A stretch of DNA of 64,000 nt from Cyanidioschyzon merolae. Its lineage: Eukaryota. The translations under genes were made by a program, and so were the position numbers. Numbering within the stretch: position 1 is the stretch's first letter; the number at the start of each line of letters is the position of its first letter. Positions 53,920 through 64,000 of this stretch are shown here, one piece after another. The notes under the pieces were generated by a model. The model was not told the DNA's origin, searched no databases, and saw only the letters and a program-made list of their open reading frames with translations. Location: the NCBI GenBank assembly GCA_000091205.1, contig AP006491.2. One strand, given 5' to 3'.

Positions 53920-55125
53920 ATGCGAGAAAGACATCGTCTACGGGCTGGTGAGCTATGCACCGCAAGTAGCGGAACGCCAAGTTTTCTTCTGGAATGTTTC
54001 AACAACGTGCTTAGTGGGTGTCACTGGTGGCGGTCGCGAGAGCTCCCTCACGATACGGGCAGTGTGTCGAAGCGACGCGTCTCCGAGCACTTGCACATCC
54101 GCAAATGGCCATGGGCGCGTCTCTGCAAGTGTTTGATGGTACTTGTCATTCTGGTTACGTTCGTTCCATATGATTGGTGGTACCGCTACATCCGCGGACC
54201 CGAGCCTGTGACAAGCTTTCCCCCCGACGTGTACACTGGATGCGCTGCTGATGATGCGCCCGTTCGCTTGGCAGTCGTGATGCCGCTAACTGCCCGTGAA
54301 CTTGCTCGCGCGGAGGCGAACCTCCGGAGCTGGGCATTCCAACCTGAGCTGGCGCCCTGTGTCGGTGATCACAGGGAGACTGCATCTGCGCCATTGGCTG
54401 ATTTTTATTTCTACTTCGATTTGCCGTTAGATTTCGACGAAGAGACCGTTACAGCTGTTGAGAGGCTGAAAGCGTTACTGACCGAGGTACCGGCGAACGT
54501 GAGCCGATGTTTCGGCTCGTTCTCGTTCATATCGGCAGACATGACGCCCTCAGAGTCACGCAATACGTACAGACACAGTCTGCTGACTACCCAGGTGGCA
54601 ACGCGAGGAACCGTGACTCAGTTTTATCGCCTGATCTTGGATCATGCCCACATGGAGCGATATTACACACATGCGTTCTACATGGAGACAGACACGCGGC
54701 CAATGCGGTCGGGCTGGTTACAGGCTCTGTACCGAGTCACCGACTCTTCTGTCTGGGTCAAGGGCAGCATCATGCGCTACCCGAAACCTACTGTGCTCGG
54801 TTTCGAGCCCTATCGTTCCATATACCTCTATCATATCAACGGGAACGCGATCTATCGCCTGGGTTGTCCGTGTTTTAAGTCGTTTCTGCGATCAGTCCGC
54901 GAAACGTATCGCGATTACGCATTCGACACGAGCATGGCCTTCTATCGTCTGGAATTACGACGTTACGCGCTCTTTCAACGGATTGCACACCGCTTTGCGT
55001 TTACGGATGTCATGGCAGACTGGTGCGACTACGAGTTCTCTTTGAGTGATCTCGGAAACACGTTCCTGGTCCACGGCAAGGCACAGTTAAGCCACTACGA
55101 CTGGCGCAAGCTGGGGCGCTACTAG
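53920..55125 (+). CDS. Hypothetical membrane-anchored protein (401-aa ORF)
   Basis: N-terminal hydrophobic anchor (LCKCLMVLVILVTFVPYDWWY). The long ORF has non-repetitive composition and ends with TAG. I recognise no conserved motifs. Confidence 0.3.
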   Translation: MRERHRLRAGELCTASSGTPSFLLECFNNVLSGCHWWRSRELPHDTGSVSKRRVSEHLHIRKWPWARLCKCLMVLVILVTFVPYDWWYRYIRGPEPVTSFPPDVYTGCAADDAPVRLAVVMPLTARELARAEANLRSWAFQPELAPCVGDHRETASAPLADFYFYFDLPLDFDEETVTAVERLKALLTEVPANVSRCFGSFSFISADMTPSESRNTYRHSLLTTQVATRGTVTQFYRLILDHAHMERYYTHAFYMETDTRPMRSGWLQALYRVTDSSVWVKGSIMRYPKPTVLGFEPYRSIYLYHINGNAIYRLGCPCFKSFLRSVRETYRDYAFDTSMAFYRLELRRYALFQRIAHRFAFTDVMADWCDYEFSLSDLGNTFLVHGKAQLSHYDWRKLGRY

Positions 55126-56950
55126 CTGGTTTCCTGCGAATCCCAAGTCGCATCTCTGTCTGCATGCTATCGTTGGGTGCATTGCATCACAATCGGCTTT
55201 GTGTTGGCCTGGAGTCGCCGCTCTCCCGCTGTCCAGGACACGACAAAGCTGTCCCGCCTACGAAGCGCGGGCCCAAGAGCCTGTCATCGCTTCACGTTCA
55301 TCGTTGTAGATCCGTACGCGCTGGTGCTTATCACGGGCATTGGTAAAGAATACGGGGAAACGATGGAATGTGCGAGACCGGTATCCATTTGTACGGGTGT
55401 GCACGAATGGATGCGTCCGGGCGTACACGTGACGGCAGGAGTACGTGTGCTTCCGTTCACTGAATGGGTTTCAGATGAAAATAGGACATTGAACGGCTGA
55501 CTCTGTTCTTGCCTCGCGATTTTTCCGAACCCGTTAGATGTACGGACTCGACATTCGACGTCCAGCAACAAAGGCTCACAGATTCACACGTTGTTTCAGA
55601 ATCGCCGGTCATCGTTTGGGAATCGCTCCTTTGATGCGTTCCAGCTGGAATTCGTTCCGTTATCGACAGTATTTATGATTCCTGACGCCTTCGAACAAGG
55701 ATCCGTAAAATAAGCGACATTATGATTCAATGCATGCGAATAGGCCTCTGTACCTCTAATTTCCTTACATCTCTCATGATCAAATCGCGTATGCTTCTAG
55801 TTTTCAAGCGTTCTATTTCGAAGCAACATGTTAGCCCAGCAATTGCTGCCGCGGGATCGACAAGAACGAAAAAAAACGACGTCTTCCGTTGCCGACACAT
55901 CCAATAGCGCATGCCGGCACTTCACTGAACTTGTCAAGTCCTATCATCGATTCAGGTTGAATAGCAATTTCTTCTCATTGTATGTTCACGAACGAAAATT
56001 CTTTCGACAGGAACACGGTGCCTCTTGCAGAATATGCTTCCAGGGGTTCCTGGCTCTTCTCTTTGTATGGAAAAGGGTCTTGAGCTTGGGCTCTAGTTCA
56101 GACAGCGATCGTTTCTAATGGAGCATGCATCACCGATGCGCACCAACTCAGCGTAGACGGATAGAAAGCTCTCGACTTGTTCTTCAACCTGAATTTTCTT
56201 GCCTGTACTTGTTTCAGCACGGTCAAGATGCCGCTCCACAAATCCCTTACTGAATGAGGCATCGTGCACTTTCGCATCCAATATCCACGATGCTCGTCGA
56301 GGGGATCACCCAGAGAACGCCCGTGATGCTTAGGCACTGCAGCGCTCGCAAAAAACGGAGCAGAGCATCGACAAGAAACTTCTGTACTCGTCACGGGGAT
56401 GCACCCAGGGATGAAGCGAGCGTTGAGGTTTCACGAGGCAGCACGCTGACCAAACAGCGTCGTTGACATCCGGGTACACCAGAACACAATCCATGCCAGT
56501 TGTACAACGAGCGCATCGAGACTTTCTACCGAGCACATGAATCTGGCGAGCGATTCATAGACCGCGAATTTTTCGTACATGCATCAGCTATGTAAAAACA
56601 GAGCCGGAAACCGTGAAATCTGGATGCGAACGCTTCCGTCAACATTCGTCGACTGCCTCCAGCAGCGCCGCTGGAGGCACCAGCGAGACCTGCGTTCTGA
56701 AAACCAGCGATTAGAACCACGAATAGAAAGCAGTCGCCCGAAAAACCCAAAAAGACTGGCGTCCACGACACCTACAATCGACCCGAACCATTCTATGGAC
56801 GCCCGAGTTCACCAACTGGACCCGCTCCATCGTACACGGAAACAAGCGTATCCGGAGCGAGACGTAGGCGTATGGCATCGACACCCGCCTCGGTGCAATC
56901 TCCCGAAAACGAAGCTTCACGCGCTGTAGCACCACACGAGCACAACAAAC

Positions 56951-58123
56951 ATGGTGCAGGCTGCAACTACGGAGACGACCGGCTTTACAACACCAGTTTT
57001 CCTCGGTTTCGACCACATACATCTCTACGTTGGAAACTGTCTCCAGGCGGCGGTATTCTACGCGACTCGGTTCGGGTTCCGAGTCATCGGCTACCGGGGG
57101 CTCGAGACTGGCTCTCGGCGCCTGTGCAGCTACGTCCTGCAGCAGGGCCGCATCGTGTTCGTTGTTTCTTCGGCTATGAATCCTGACGATGCTGAACTAT
57201 CATCATTTCTCTCGAAGCACGGTGACGGGGTCAAGGATGTCGCGTTTGAAGTCGAGGACGCCCGAGCGGCGTTCACGTACGCTGTAGGGCGCGGCGCGCA
57301 ACCCGTACAGCCGCCCGTCGAACTCACGGACGAGAACGGCACGGTGACTGTGGCAACTGTTTCGGCTGGCTACGGCGACCTGGAGCACACGTTTATCGAT
57401 CGACGTGGCTGGCGGGGAGCGCACTTTCTGCCCGGGTTTGCTCCGCCGCCGCTCGATATGGCGGCAGAGTCGACGCTCGTCCAGGAGGTGTTCCCCGAGT
57501 GTCTGCTGTCGCAGGTGGACCACTGCGTGTCGAACCAGCCTGAACATGCCATGGAGCCGGTTGTCAACTGGTACACTGAAAAGCTGGGGTTTCATCGTTT
57601 CTGGTCTGTTGACGACAGGCAAATACACACCGAGTACTCGTCGCTGCGCTCTGTGGTGGTAACGGATGCGCACGAACGGATCAAGATGCCGGTGAACGAA
57701 CCAGCTCCCGGCAAACGTAAATCCCAAATCCAAGAATACATTGATTACTTCGGCGGGCCGGGTATTCAGCATATTGCACTGTATACACCGGACATTCTCC
57801 GCAGCGTGACCGCGTTGAGGGAGCGCGGCGTCGCCTTCATCCAAGTGCCACCAGCGTACTACACGCTGCTGCGGGAGCGACTCCACAAGGAATGTATTCA
57901 GCTGAAGGAGGACTTGGATACCATACAGCGGCTGGAGATACTCGTCGATATCGATGAAGACGGTGGGTACCTCCTGCAGACCTTTACCAAGCCGGTAAGT
58001 CATCGGCCGACACTCTTTTACGAAATCATTCAGAGACATCGGAACACGGGATTCGGTGTAGGCAATTTCAAGGCGCTGTTCGAGGCCATTGAACGCGATC
58101 AAGCGAAACGCGGAAATCTGTAG
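56951..58123 (+). CDS. HPD: 4-hydroxyphenylpyruvate dioxygenase (HPPD)
   Basis: FDHIHLYVGNCLQAAVFYATRFGF...GDGVKDVAFEVEDARAAF...VDHCVSNQPEHAMEPVVNWYTEKLGFHRFWSVDD...QEYIDYFGGPGIQHIALYTPDILRSVTALRERGVAFIQVP...GYLLQTFTKPVSHRPTLFYEIIQRHRNTGFGVGNFKALFEAIERDQAKRGNL are all canonical HPPD motifs. Single exon, 390 aa. Confidence 0.92.
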   Translation: MVQAATTETTGFTTPVFLGFDHIHLYVGNCLQAAVFYATRFGFRVIGYRGLETGSRRLCSYVLQQGRIVFVVSSAMNPDDAELSSFLSKHGDGVKDVAFEVEDARAAFTYAVGRGAQPVQPPVELTDENGTVTVATVSAGYGDLEHTFIDRRGWRGAHFLPGFAPPPLDMAAESTLVQEVFPECLLSQVDHCVSNQPEHAMEPVVNWYTEKLGFHRFWSVDDRQIHTEYSSLRSVVVTDAHERIKMPVNEPAPGKRKSQIQEYIDYFGGPGIQHIALYTPDILRSVTALRERGVAFIQVPPAYYTLLRERLHKECIQLKEDLDTIQRLEILVDIDEDGGYLLQTFTKPVSHRPTLFYEIIQRHRNTGFGVGNFKALFEAIERDQAKRGNL

Positions 58124-58294
58124 ACATATCGGCAAGGGGTTTCACGTCTACACATGGATCCACATGGACTAGGCACCGGTATAGGCATCGATTGCCCAGG
58201 GCGGCAGCGTTGTTGTTGGCGGAGCATCCTATGCGCTCCTAGTACTGCATTCCATCGATGTCAGCGAGGGTACCTACGGTTGCTTTTCGGCGGA

Positions 58295-58675
58295 TTTCCG
58301 AGGCAAGGCGTTGTCTGATGGACGCCATCCCGATGAGCGATATCCATTGAGCAATCGGGGACCTATGGTCAGAATAGGCACACGATCGATCAGAGAGAAA
58401 GCCTGTTGGCGAGTTCACAGGCGAAGCAAGGCGTTGTCTGATGGACGCCATCCCGATGAGCGATATCCATTGAGCAATCGGGGACCTATGGTCAGAATAG
58501 GCGCGCGATCGATCAGAGAGAAAGCCTGTTGGCGAGTTCACAGGCGAAGCAAGGCGTTGTCTGATGGACGCCATCCCGATGAGCGATATCCATTGAGCAA
58601 TCGGGGACCTATGGTCAGAATAGGCACACGATCGATCAGAGAGAAAGCCTGTTGGCGAGTTCACAGGCGAGGCGC
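58295..58675. repeat. 123-bp tandem repeat x~3
   Basis: Unit ...caaggcgttgtctgatggacgccatcccgatgagcgatatccattgagcaatcggggacctatggtcagaataggcacacgatcgatcagagagaaagcctgttggcgagttcacaggcga... with atggacgcc at 58318, 58441 and 58564. It is open on both strands (41-aa units). Confidence 0.85.
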
Positions 58676-58907
58676 TTTCAGGGCGCTACACGTGAAACGC
58701 CGTACATGCACAAGTGCGTGCATGGACGACGGACTGCAAGCGGAACGTGTATCCGACACGAATGCTTGCACCGCCCGCAAAGATACAAAAACACATAAGG
58801 TGCAGTGTAAAAGGCATGGGTACAAACCTCTATCCTCAGGCGAATCGCAAATCGCTACAAGCAGCTCGGGCATTGTGTATCAGAAACAGTTAGTGGCTCC
58901 GGTTCGT

Positions 58908-58975
58908 GGTTGCTGCTGCTACTGCTACTACTGTTGTTGCTGCTGTTGTCGTTGTTCTTGCTGTTGCTGGTGGCA
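58908..58975. repeat. Imperfect (TGC/TGT/TAC)n trinucleotide repeat tract; a further (GCT)n run lies at 59377-59406
   Basis: Direct read: gttgctgctgctactgctactactgttgttgctgctgttgtcgttgttcttgctgttgctgg. Confidence 0.75.
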
Positions 58976-59030
58976 AGGCCTGCGCTGCGGGCTCGCAGAT
59001 GGCGTCGTTGCATCCACATCGAAGCGCCCC

Positions 59031-60854
59031 TCACCAGAAGAGCCATCTTGGCGCGTCCAAGGGCGGTTGCAATACCGCCGTGGAATGCTGCAATGTCGTC
59101 CAGCCTCCGATCAAAAGGCGTTTCAGTGCGCTACTGATGAGCTTCTCAAGGGCATGCAGCGGCACCATCGAGAGCGCTGACGATAAACTGCCCTGTAGCG
59201 CAGGATGATACGCAATCGTTGAGGCCTGGTCCAGACGATCTCGTCTGGACAACATGTCATTCATTTTTGCAGCTGTTTGAACAGGTGCGCCATCTGCTCG
59301 GTTCATGGCACCGCTGTCTGGCGTTGTGTGACACTTGTCCAGCGATGGTGAATACTCTTGTCGACGCACAAGTCGCTGTTGCTGCTGCTGCTGCTGCTGC
59401 TGCTGACGAAAGTGCATTTCGTTCATGGTCAGCAAATAGGAGCGTACTGCCTCAGAGACTGCCGCAGAGGCCACCTCCTTTAAAACCTCCTTCTCTTGCA
59501 GAGCCACTCGGGTGATTCGTTCGAGAAACGGCGACGTCGGTGCGCTAGCAGCGGTCGTCGACACCGCCACTGGCGAGCTCTCCACCATCGTTTGCGTCCG
59601 ATCAAGGTCCGACGCCGAACTCGCTATGTCTCGCAGAGGTGCCCGGTCTCGTGAAGCATGTAGCGCGCGAACCGGTGTCGCTTCAGACGGCAAGCATTCC
59701 GATGCAAAAGTCACTGCTAAAGCGCGTGCCGCATCAGCCGGTCTCGCCAACCGTGGCGACGGAGACGAAGCAACCCCCATCGAGCGACCATGGTCAGGAT
59801 GACGTTCCTGGCCGCCATCCTCCAGCAGGATAGGCATAGCGGCTGCAACAGCAGCTGCGACGCTCTCGCTGACAAGCCGGCGTCCCGCTTCGGTGGAAGC
59901 GAAATTCAAAAGCACCGACAGGAAACGAAACCGTGCAGCATCAGCGACACCACTTGCCGCGCGTCTCTGCGAACGTTCTTCCTGGTCAGCAGCCAGATGC
60001 GCTCGAACAGCTTCAGAGACGGCGGCACAAACAATGGTTTGGGTGAAACGTAGCCCCGACTCGCCGCTATCGATCAGAAGCGACAACCACTCAGTGGACC
60101 AGTGCCCGGTGGTGCCGTTCGATGACCCCCAAAGCCCATTGCGACGCTTTTGTCCTTCTAGCTTCGCTGTTGCACCCTCCTGTGGTGTGTTCTTCGAGTG
60201 CAGCTCGCGGAAGACTGCAACCAATGATGGACGTAGCCCGAGTGGCGACGCAGCCGCCGCTGGCCGGCTCAGAGACCGCTGCGGTGCTGTGTCGTGCTCA
60301 CGGGCTGCACGCACCGCAGCGCTCACAAGGTCCGCCAGAAGCGACCGCACGGGTTCTCGGCAGAGCAAAGAGAGCAAGCGCTCCAGACGTTCGGTCGCAG
60401 CTGCGTCCGCAGTATCGGGAGCAAACGCAGAGCGCAGGTCGCGAGCAGCCTCCGCAGTGACCTCGCCCAGGTCAGAGACAGCGTCTGCTAGTCGTTGGGC
60501 ACGCTGGTGTTGCACCCGCAGCCACTGACATAGCGACTGACCTTGGCCAAGCCCAACACGAACGCCCTCGTACACGAGGAGTGCACGCAGCGCCCGCGAT
60601 AACTGCCAGAGCCACCGTGGCGATGCACGCTTCCCAGTGTTCGCTTGGTGGCCTCTACCGGCTAGCCAGAAAACGAGAAGGGAAGAAACTGCCGCCACTA
60701 TTTCAGTCTTCAAAAATGATAAGCTCGTGGGACGTGTCTCGTTCAGCGACGCAGGCTCCTGTCGTTGACTGCTCGTGGCGGCTGCAGGTCGCCGTGCCGC
60801 AGCGACTTGCTCCATGCCTTTTAAAACCAGCTTTGCGCCGTAAACCGCCGGCAC
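59031..60854 (-). CDS. Hypothetical low-complexity (Ala/Ser/Arg-rich, poly-Gln) protein
   Basis: 607-aa ORF with a Q10 tract and helical-looking repeats. I recognise no conserved domain. Overlapping plus-strand ORFs in this GC-rich region make the call weak. Confidence 0.3.
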   Translation of the reverse strand: MPAVYGAKLVLKGMEQVAAARRPAAATSSQRQEPASLNETRPTSLSFLKTEIVAAVSSLLVFWLAGRGHQANTGKRASPRWLWQLSRALRALLVYEGVRVGLGQGQSLCQWLRVQHQRAQRLADAVSDLGEVTAEAARDLRSAFAPDTADAAATERLERLLSLLCREPVRSLLADLVSAAVRAAREHDTAPQRSLSRPAAAASPLGLRPSLVAVFRELHSKNTPQEGATAKLEGQKRRNGLWGSSNGTTGHWSTEWLSLLIDSGESGLRFTQTIVCAAVSEAVRAHLAADQEERSQRRAASGVADAARFRFLSVLLNFASTEAGRRLVSESVAAAVAAAMPILLEDGGQERHPDHGRSMGVASSPSPRLARPADAARALAVTFASECLPSEATPVRALHASRDRAPLRDIASSASDLDRTQTMVESSPVAVSTTAASAPTSPFLERITRVALQEKEVLKEVASAAVSEAVRSYLLTMNEMHFRQQQQQQQQQQRLVRRQEYSPSLDKCHTTPDSGAMNRADGAPVQTAAKMNDMLSRRDRLDQASTIAYHPALQGSLSSALSMVPLHALEKLISSALKRLLIGGWTTLQHSTAVLQPPLDAPRWLFW

Positions 60855-61161
60855 TCACGTACCATAGGCAGCGCGAACGCTTCCGCAAATTCAAAGTATG
60901 CACGAGAAACCAGCGTGTCCGGTTCGTCGAGGGAAAACCCCCCAGAAGCACCAGTCTTCCCAGCGGAAATAGCGCTGATGCGAAACAGACCGGAATGCCG
61001 GTGCCTGGTGGAGGACCTCCAGCGGAGCGCGTCGCCCAGTGCAGCGCATCTCGAACAGACCGCTTCAGGGACGCTGCGACTTTGGTACGCTCAAATGATG
61101 GGTTGAAGCTTCGTTTGGCATCGGCGTTACTGGATCTGAATTCGTCGAAGCGACGGTCTGA

Positions 61162-62583
61162 ATGTTTCTGCGCCTCCACCAACGTTGGCCGTGGCGGAAC
61201 TATGGACCGTGGCGCGGACGATGGCTGCTGCCTGCGAGGGACGCAGGGACGCCAGCGTGCAGGAAACAGGTGTCTGTCGTGGAGCAGTCGCGTCAATCAG
61301 TGCTCGACTGGCGATTCAATAGACTGCTCCAGGCAGGTTTCTACGGACTCGGCTCCCTGCTGGCGTACGGTCGAGCACCGGCAGTGCGCTGGACAAGCAG
61401 CGGCAGCGTACCGCAGCGTGAAGCCCCCATTATCGCCAAAACGCTGCAGCCCGTACAACCTACTGGAACTACCGCAGATGCTGGCAAGAGTACGTCGGAA
61501 GGAGAGCCCTGGGCGAGTCTCGGGAGCTCGAGTGCACCCACTGCAGAGCTGCTGGCGCTCGAGATTCGCGCCGAGTCCCCGCACGCCTTCATCCAGCGAC
61601 GACTTGCAAAGGCACTACTCGCTGCTCGGCTTCGCTTACCGTTGCGTGACTTGCGCGTCGTCGATCCAGCGTTCCGGAATGAAGCTCCAGTCGTGCTCGC
61701 CCGACAGAGCGCAATCGTGATTCACCTCGAACACATCCGCGCTGTGGTCGAAGCTGATCGGGTCACGCTGTTCGACCCCGAGCAACCCGCAGTCGAGGCG
61801 TTCCTCCCGCAGCTGCACGCTCGCCTGGCACTGTCGAGTCCGCGTCCCGCGTTGCCGTTTGAGCTGCGAGCTTTGGAATCCATCCTGGTGGATGTCTGTA
61901 ACAGCCTCATGCGTGAGATGCGGTATCTGGTTCCTGGCATTGAGTCCTTGCTTAGAGCGCTCTCCAGCGACGACGTTGCGGGAGCGACTGCCTCAGCGGC
62001 CGCTGCTGCGGATGCCAGCACCACACCGAACAGTACCGCTGGCGATGCCTCCTCGATCCCACCTGATGTGATCATGCTCGATCGTTTGCTTGGTGCCAAG
62101 AACAAACTGAACGAATTACAGAATCGGGCGACCCAACTGCGCAACGCATTGAATGAGGTGCTACTTAGCGACGAGGATATGTCAGAGATGTATTTGAGTA
62201 CCAAAGCGGAGAGCGGTCATCGACGACGTGTTGATCAGCACGAGGAGGTAGAGATGATGTTTGAGAACTACCTCAAACAAATCGATAGTTTGGTTTCAGA
62301 GATTGCCTCTCGTACGCAAGCGATCCAGAGTACCGAAGACTTTGTGCAGATCAAACTGGATGCGCTGAGGAATCGCATTTTGCGGCTGGATTTGGTTTTG
62401 AAGCTGGGCTCGGTATCTTTGAGCTCGGGTGCGCTGGTAGCCGCCATATTTGGGATGAACCTGCACAGCACGCTGGAAGAGAGTCAGCTCGCGTTCTTGA
62501 GCGTCACTGGCGGCCTCGTGGGTATAAGCGGCCTTGTGTTTCTCGGTGGTGCTGCGTACTGCCGCTATAAACGTTTACTGTAA
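61162..62583 (+). CDS. Mrs2/CorA-family Mg2+ transporter (mitochondrial inner-membrane type)
   Basis: C-terminal region FVQIKLDALRNRILRLDLVLKLGSVSLSSGALVAAIFGMNLHSTLEESQLAFLSVTGGLVGISGLVFL has the conserved GMN motif between two C-terminal TM helices. Upstream is the long coiled-coil funnel domain typical of Mrs2. The N-terminal ~130 aa look like a presequence or possibly non-coding. Confidence 0.65.
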   Translation: MFLRLHQRWPWRNYGPWRGRWLLPARDAGTPACRKQVSVVEQSRQSVLDWRFNRLLQAGFYGLGSLLAYGRAPAVRWTSSGSVPQREAPIIAKTLQPVQPTGTTADAGKSTSEGEPWASLGSSSAPTAELLALEIRAESPHAFIQRRLAKALLAARLRLPLRDLRVVDPAFRNEAPVVLARQSAIVIHLEHIRAVVEADRVTLFDPEQPAVEAFLPQLHARLALSSPRPALPFELRALESILVDVCNSLMREMRYLVPGIESLLRALSSDDVAGATASAAAAADASTTPNSTAGDASSIPPDVIMLDRLLGAKNKLNELQNRATQLRNALNEVLLSDEDMSEMYLSTKAESGHRRRVDQHEEVEMMFENYLKQIDSLVSEIASRTQAIQSTEDFVQIKLDALRNRILRLDLVLKLGSVSLSSGALVAAIFGMNLHSTLEESQLAFLSVTGGLVGISGLVFLGGAAYCRYKRLL

Positions 62584-63218
62584 GCGGCGCAGTGCCGGCA
62601 TGTGCCGCTCGGCGGCGTTGCGTCGGGACCTGCGCACTTGCTCGGGGCCTAGTGCCAGTGTATCCGGGTGTCATTTGTTGTGGCAGACGTATTCCGACTG
62701 GTTAGAATTCGGGAAATGGAATCCGAAAGCAGGGCAAACATGCTCCCTAAGAATGACTCTGGTGTCTGCGGCTGCAGTGGCTGGTGCGGCTGCCGACGCA
62801 GGTTGCGAACAGGATCGAACGACGTGGACGAGCGGTGTCTGGGCCCGGCACGACTCAGACGCGAGCTTTCCACGTACCGAGAAACCGGACAGCTTGGACG
62901 CTGCGGCGACTCTACGTGGTATCCTCAGAAGAAGCGCTGCAGCAGCTGCGGGAACGCTGCACAACCGCAAGTCACTGGCTGAGCGTAAACTGGGTAACCA
63001 GCACGCCTACGCATCGCGTACCTGGACAGATATGCCGCTACCTAACGCATTGAGCAGGCAGGGACGTTCTTGCGCTGTGCACTACGGTACGCGCATGTCA
63101 TTCCATGCAACGTCGTGCCATTTCTGTTTGTGGTATACGAACACCACTTTCGATGATAGCGTCCATTTGGCGGATAGGTTCGCGAAGTGCGTCCCCGAAC
63201 GTAAGCTCGCTTTGATTT

Positions 63219-63237
63219 ACACACACACACACACACA
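63219..63237. repeat. (AC)n microsatellite
   Basis: Direct read: acacacacacacacacaca. Confidence 0.75.
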
Positions 63238-64000
63238 CCCGTGAGCATTGAGTACGAGTATCCCACCTGAATCCCGAAACGAAACAAGGCGGACGCGGGA
63301 TGGGAAGGTTCCACGGGAGGCGGGGCGCTCGTCAGGAGCGTCTCACGCAGGGCACGGCACAGCACAAGCGCTCGTGCATGAACAGCACCGCCCGCGTCTT
63401 CTTGGTAGTACGAGGTCTCGCGTACCTGAGGCGCACGCGAGTCCACTGATTCGCGCACCTCGTCACTGGTGGATCCCGAGCAAACGCCTGCGTCAGGAAT
63501 CAGCGGTACATGCGATAAACGTCCACCGAGGAGCGACTCGGCACCCGAGAACCAGCCTCAAAACCACGTTTCCCGAATCGTCGTGCAGCGCTGGCATGCA
63601 TGCAGCCATGCGTCGTAGTCTTGTGGAGCAGAAACTGACGACAGGATCCCGCCCTGCATCGGGTTGGCGCCCTCAGTTGTATGGCAGCGCTGTTCTGTTT
63701 CCGTGATGCATCGGCCCCAGCGTTTGAGGCGCCATTACTGGTGCCCAAAGCAGGCACTCGGCGCACATTAGAGCGAACAAAACGACCAGTGCATCCGAAA
63801 GGAAGTACAAGTAACGGAACTTGGAGGTAGATGCGTCACGATGGACACATTCTCCAAATCCAGCATCCGTCCGGCAGTCTGGGATCCGTGGTCAATTACA
63901 GACGTTTTGTCATCGAAGTAAATCAGCGCACGCACACGCACGCTCGTATCCTGCAGCGCATGGACCGGGGCGCTGTGTGCCGGGTGTCGCCGCCAATGCG

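Noticed and set aside
53100-58700. Possibility that the regularly spaced tandem repeats represent a CRISPR array
   Set aside because: The units are contiguous with no unique spacers (69- and 123-bp minisatellites). The context is eukaryotic nuclear DNA with no cas-like genes nearby.
60581-61720. 379-aa plus-strand ORF spanning the junction between the 59031..60854 minus-strand ORF and the Mrs2 gene
   Set aside because: It overlaps two better-supported genes. The composition is Arg/Ser-rich junk typical of off-frame GC-rich sequence.

Overview
This 64-kb window looks like nuclear DNA from a GC-rich (~60%), intron-poor eukaryote, with genes on both strands at roughly one per 2.5-3 kb. The conserved genes are read as single uninterrupted ORFs; TAA, TGA and TAG all serve as stops in the host genes checked. 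From the proteins I recognise: a MUS81-like ERCC4 nuclease C-terminus (partial, at the window start), an ESCRT-III/Snf7 protein, a secreted Cys/Gln-rich repeat protein, a GT90 (CAP10-like) glycosyltransferase, class I fructose-bisphosphate aldolase, catalase, a CYTH/thiamine-triphosphatase-like protein, a SulP/SLC26 sulfate permease with STAS domain, an RCC1-repeat protein, mitochondrial-type ribosomal protein uL24, a GT23-like fucosyltransferase, ABCE1, ribosomal protein S23, two small 4-TM proteins, an aminopeptidase P (M24B) apparently fused to a cyclophilin-like domain, 4-hydroxyphenylpyruvate dioxygenase, and an Mrs2/CorA Mg2+ transporter. The most interesting content is a TnpB/Fanzor-like RuvC nuclease element (an OMEGA-type, RNA-guided endonuclease family) at about 28.4-30.1 kb, about 4 GC points lower in GC than the window average (sampled stretches 53-57% versus ~60%). 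Its 3' end plus about 160 bp of downstream sequence is duplicated in inverted orientation at 25.1-25.9 kb, so the two copies bracket the SulP gene. A third, heavily degraded fragment lies at about 47.9-48.3 kb. The nuclease reading frame carries three in-frame stops, so it may be a recently inactivated copy. Other features are several tandem minisatellites (97, 69, 123 and 48 bp units) and tri- and dinucleotide microsatellites. No rRNA, tRNA or CRISPR array could be supported by eye.
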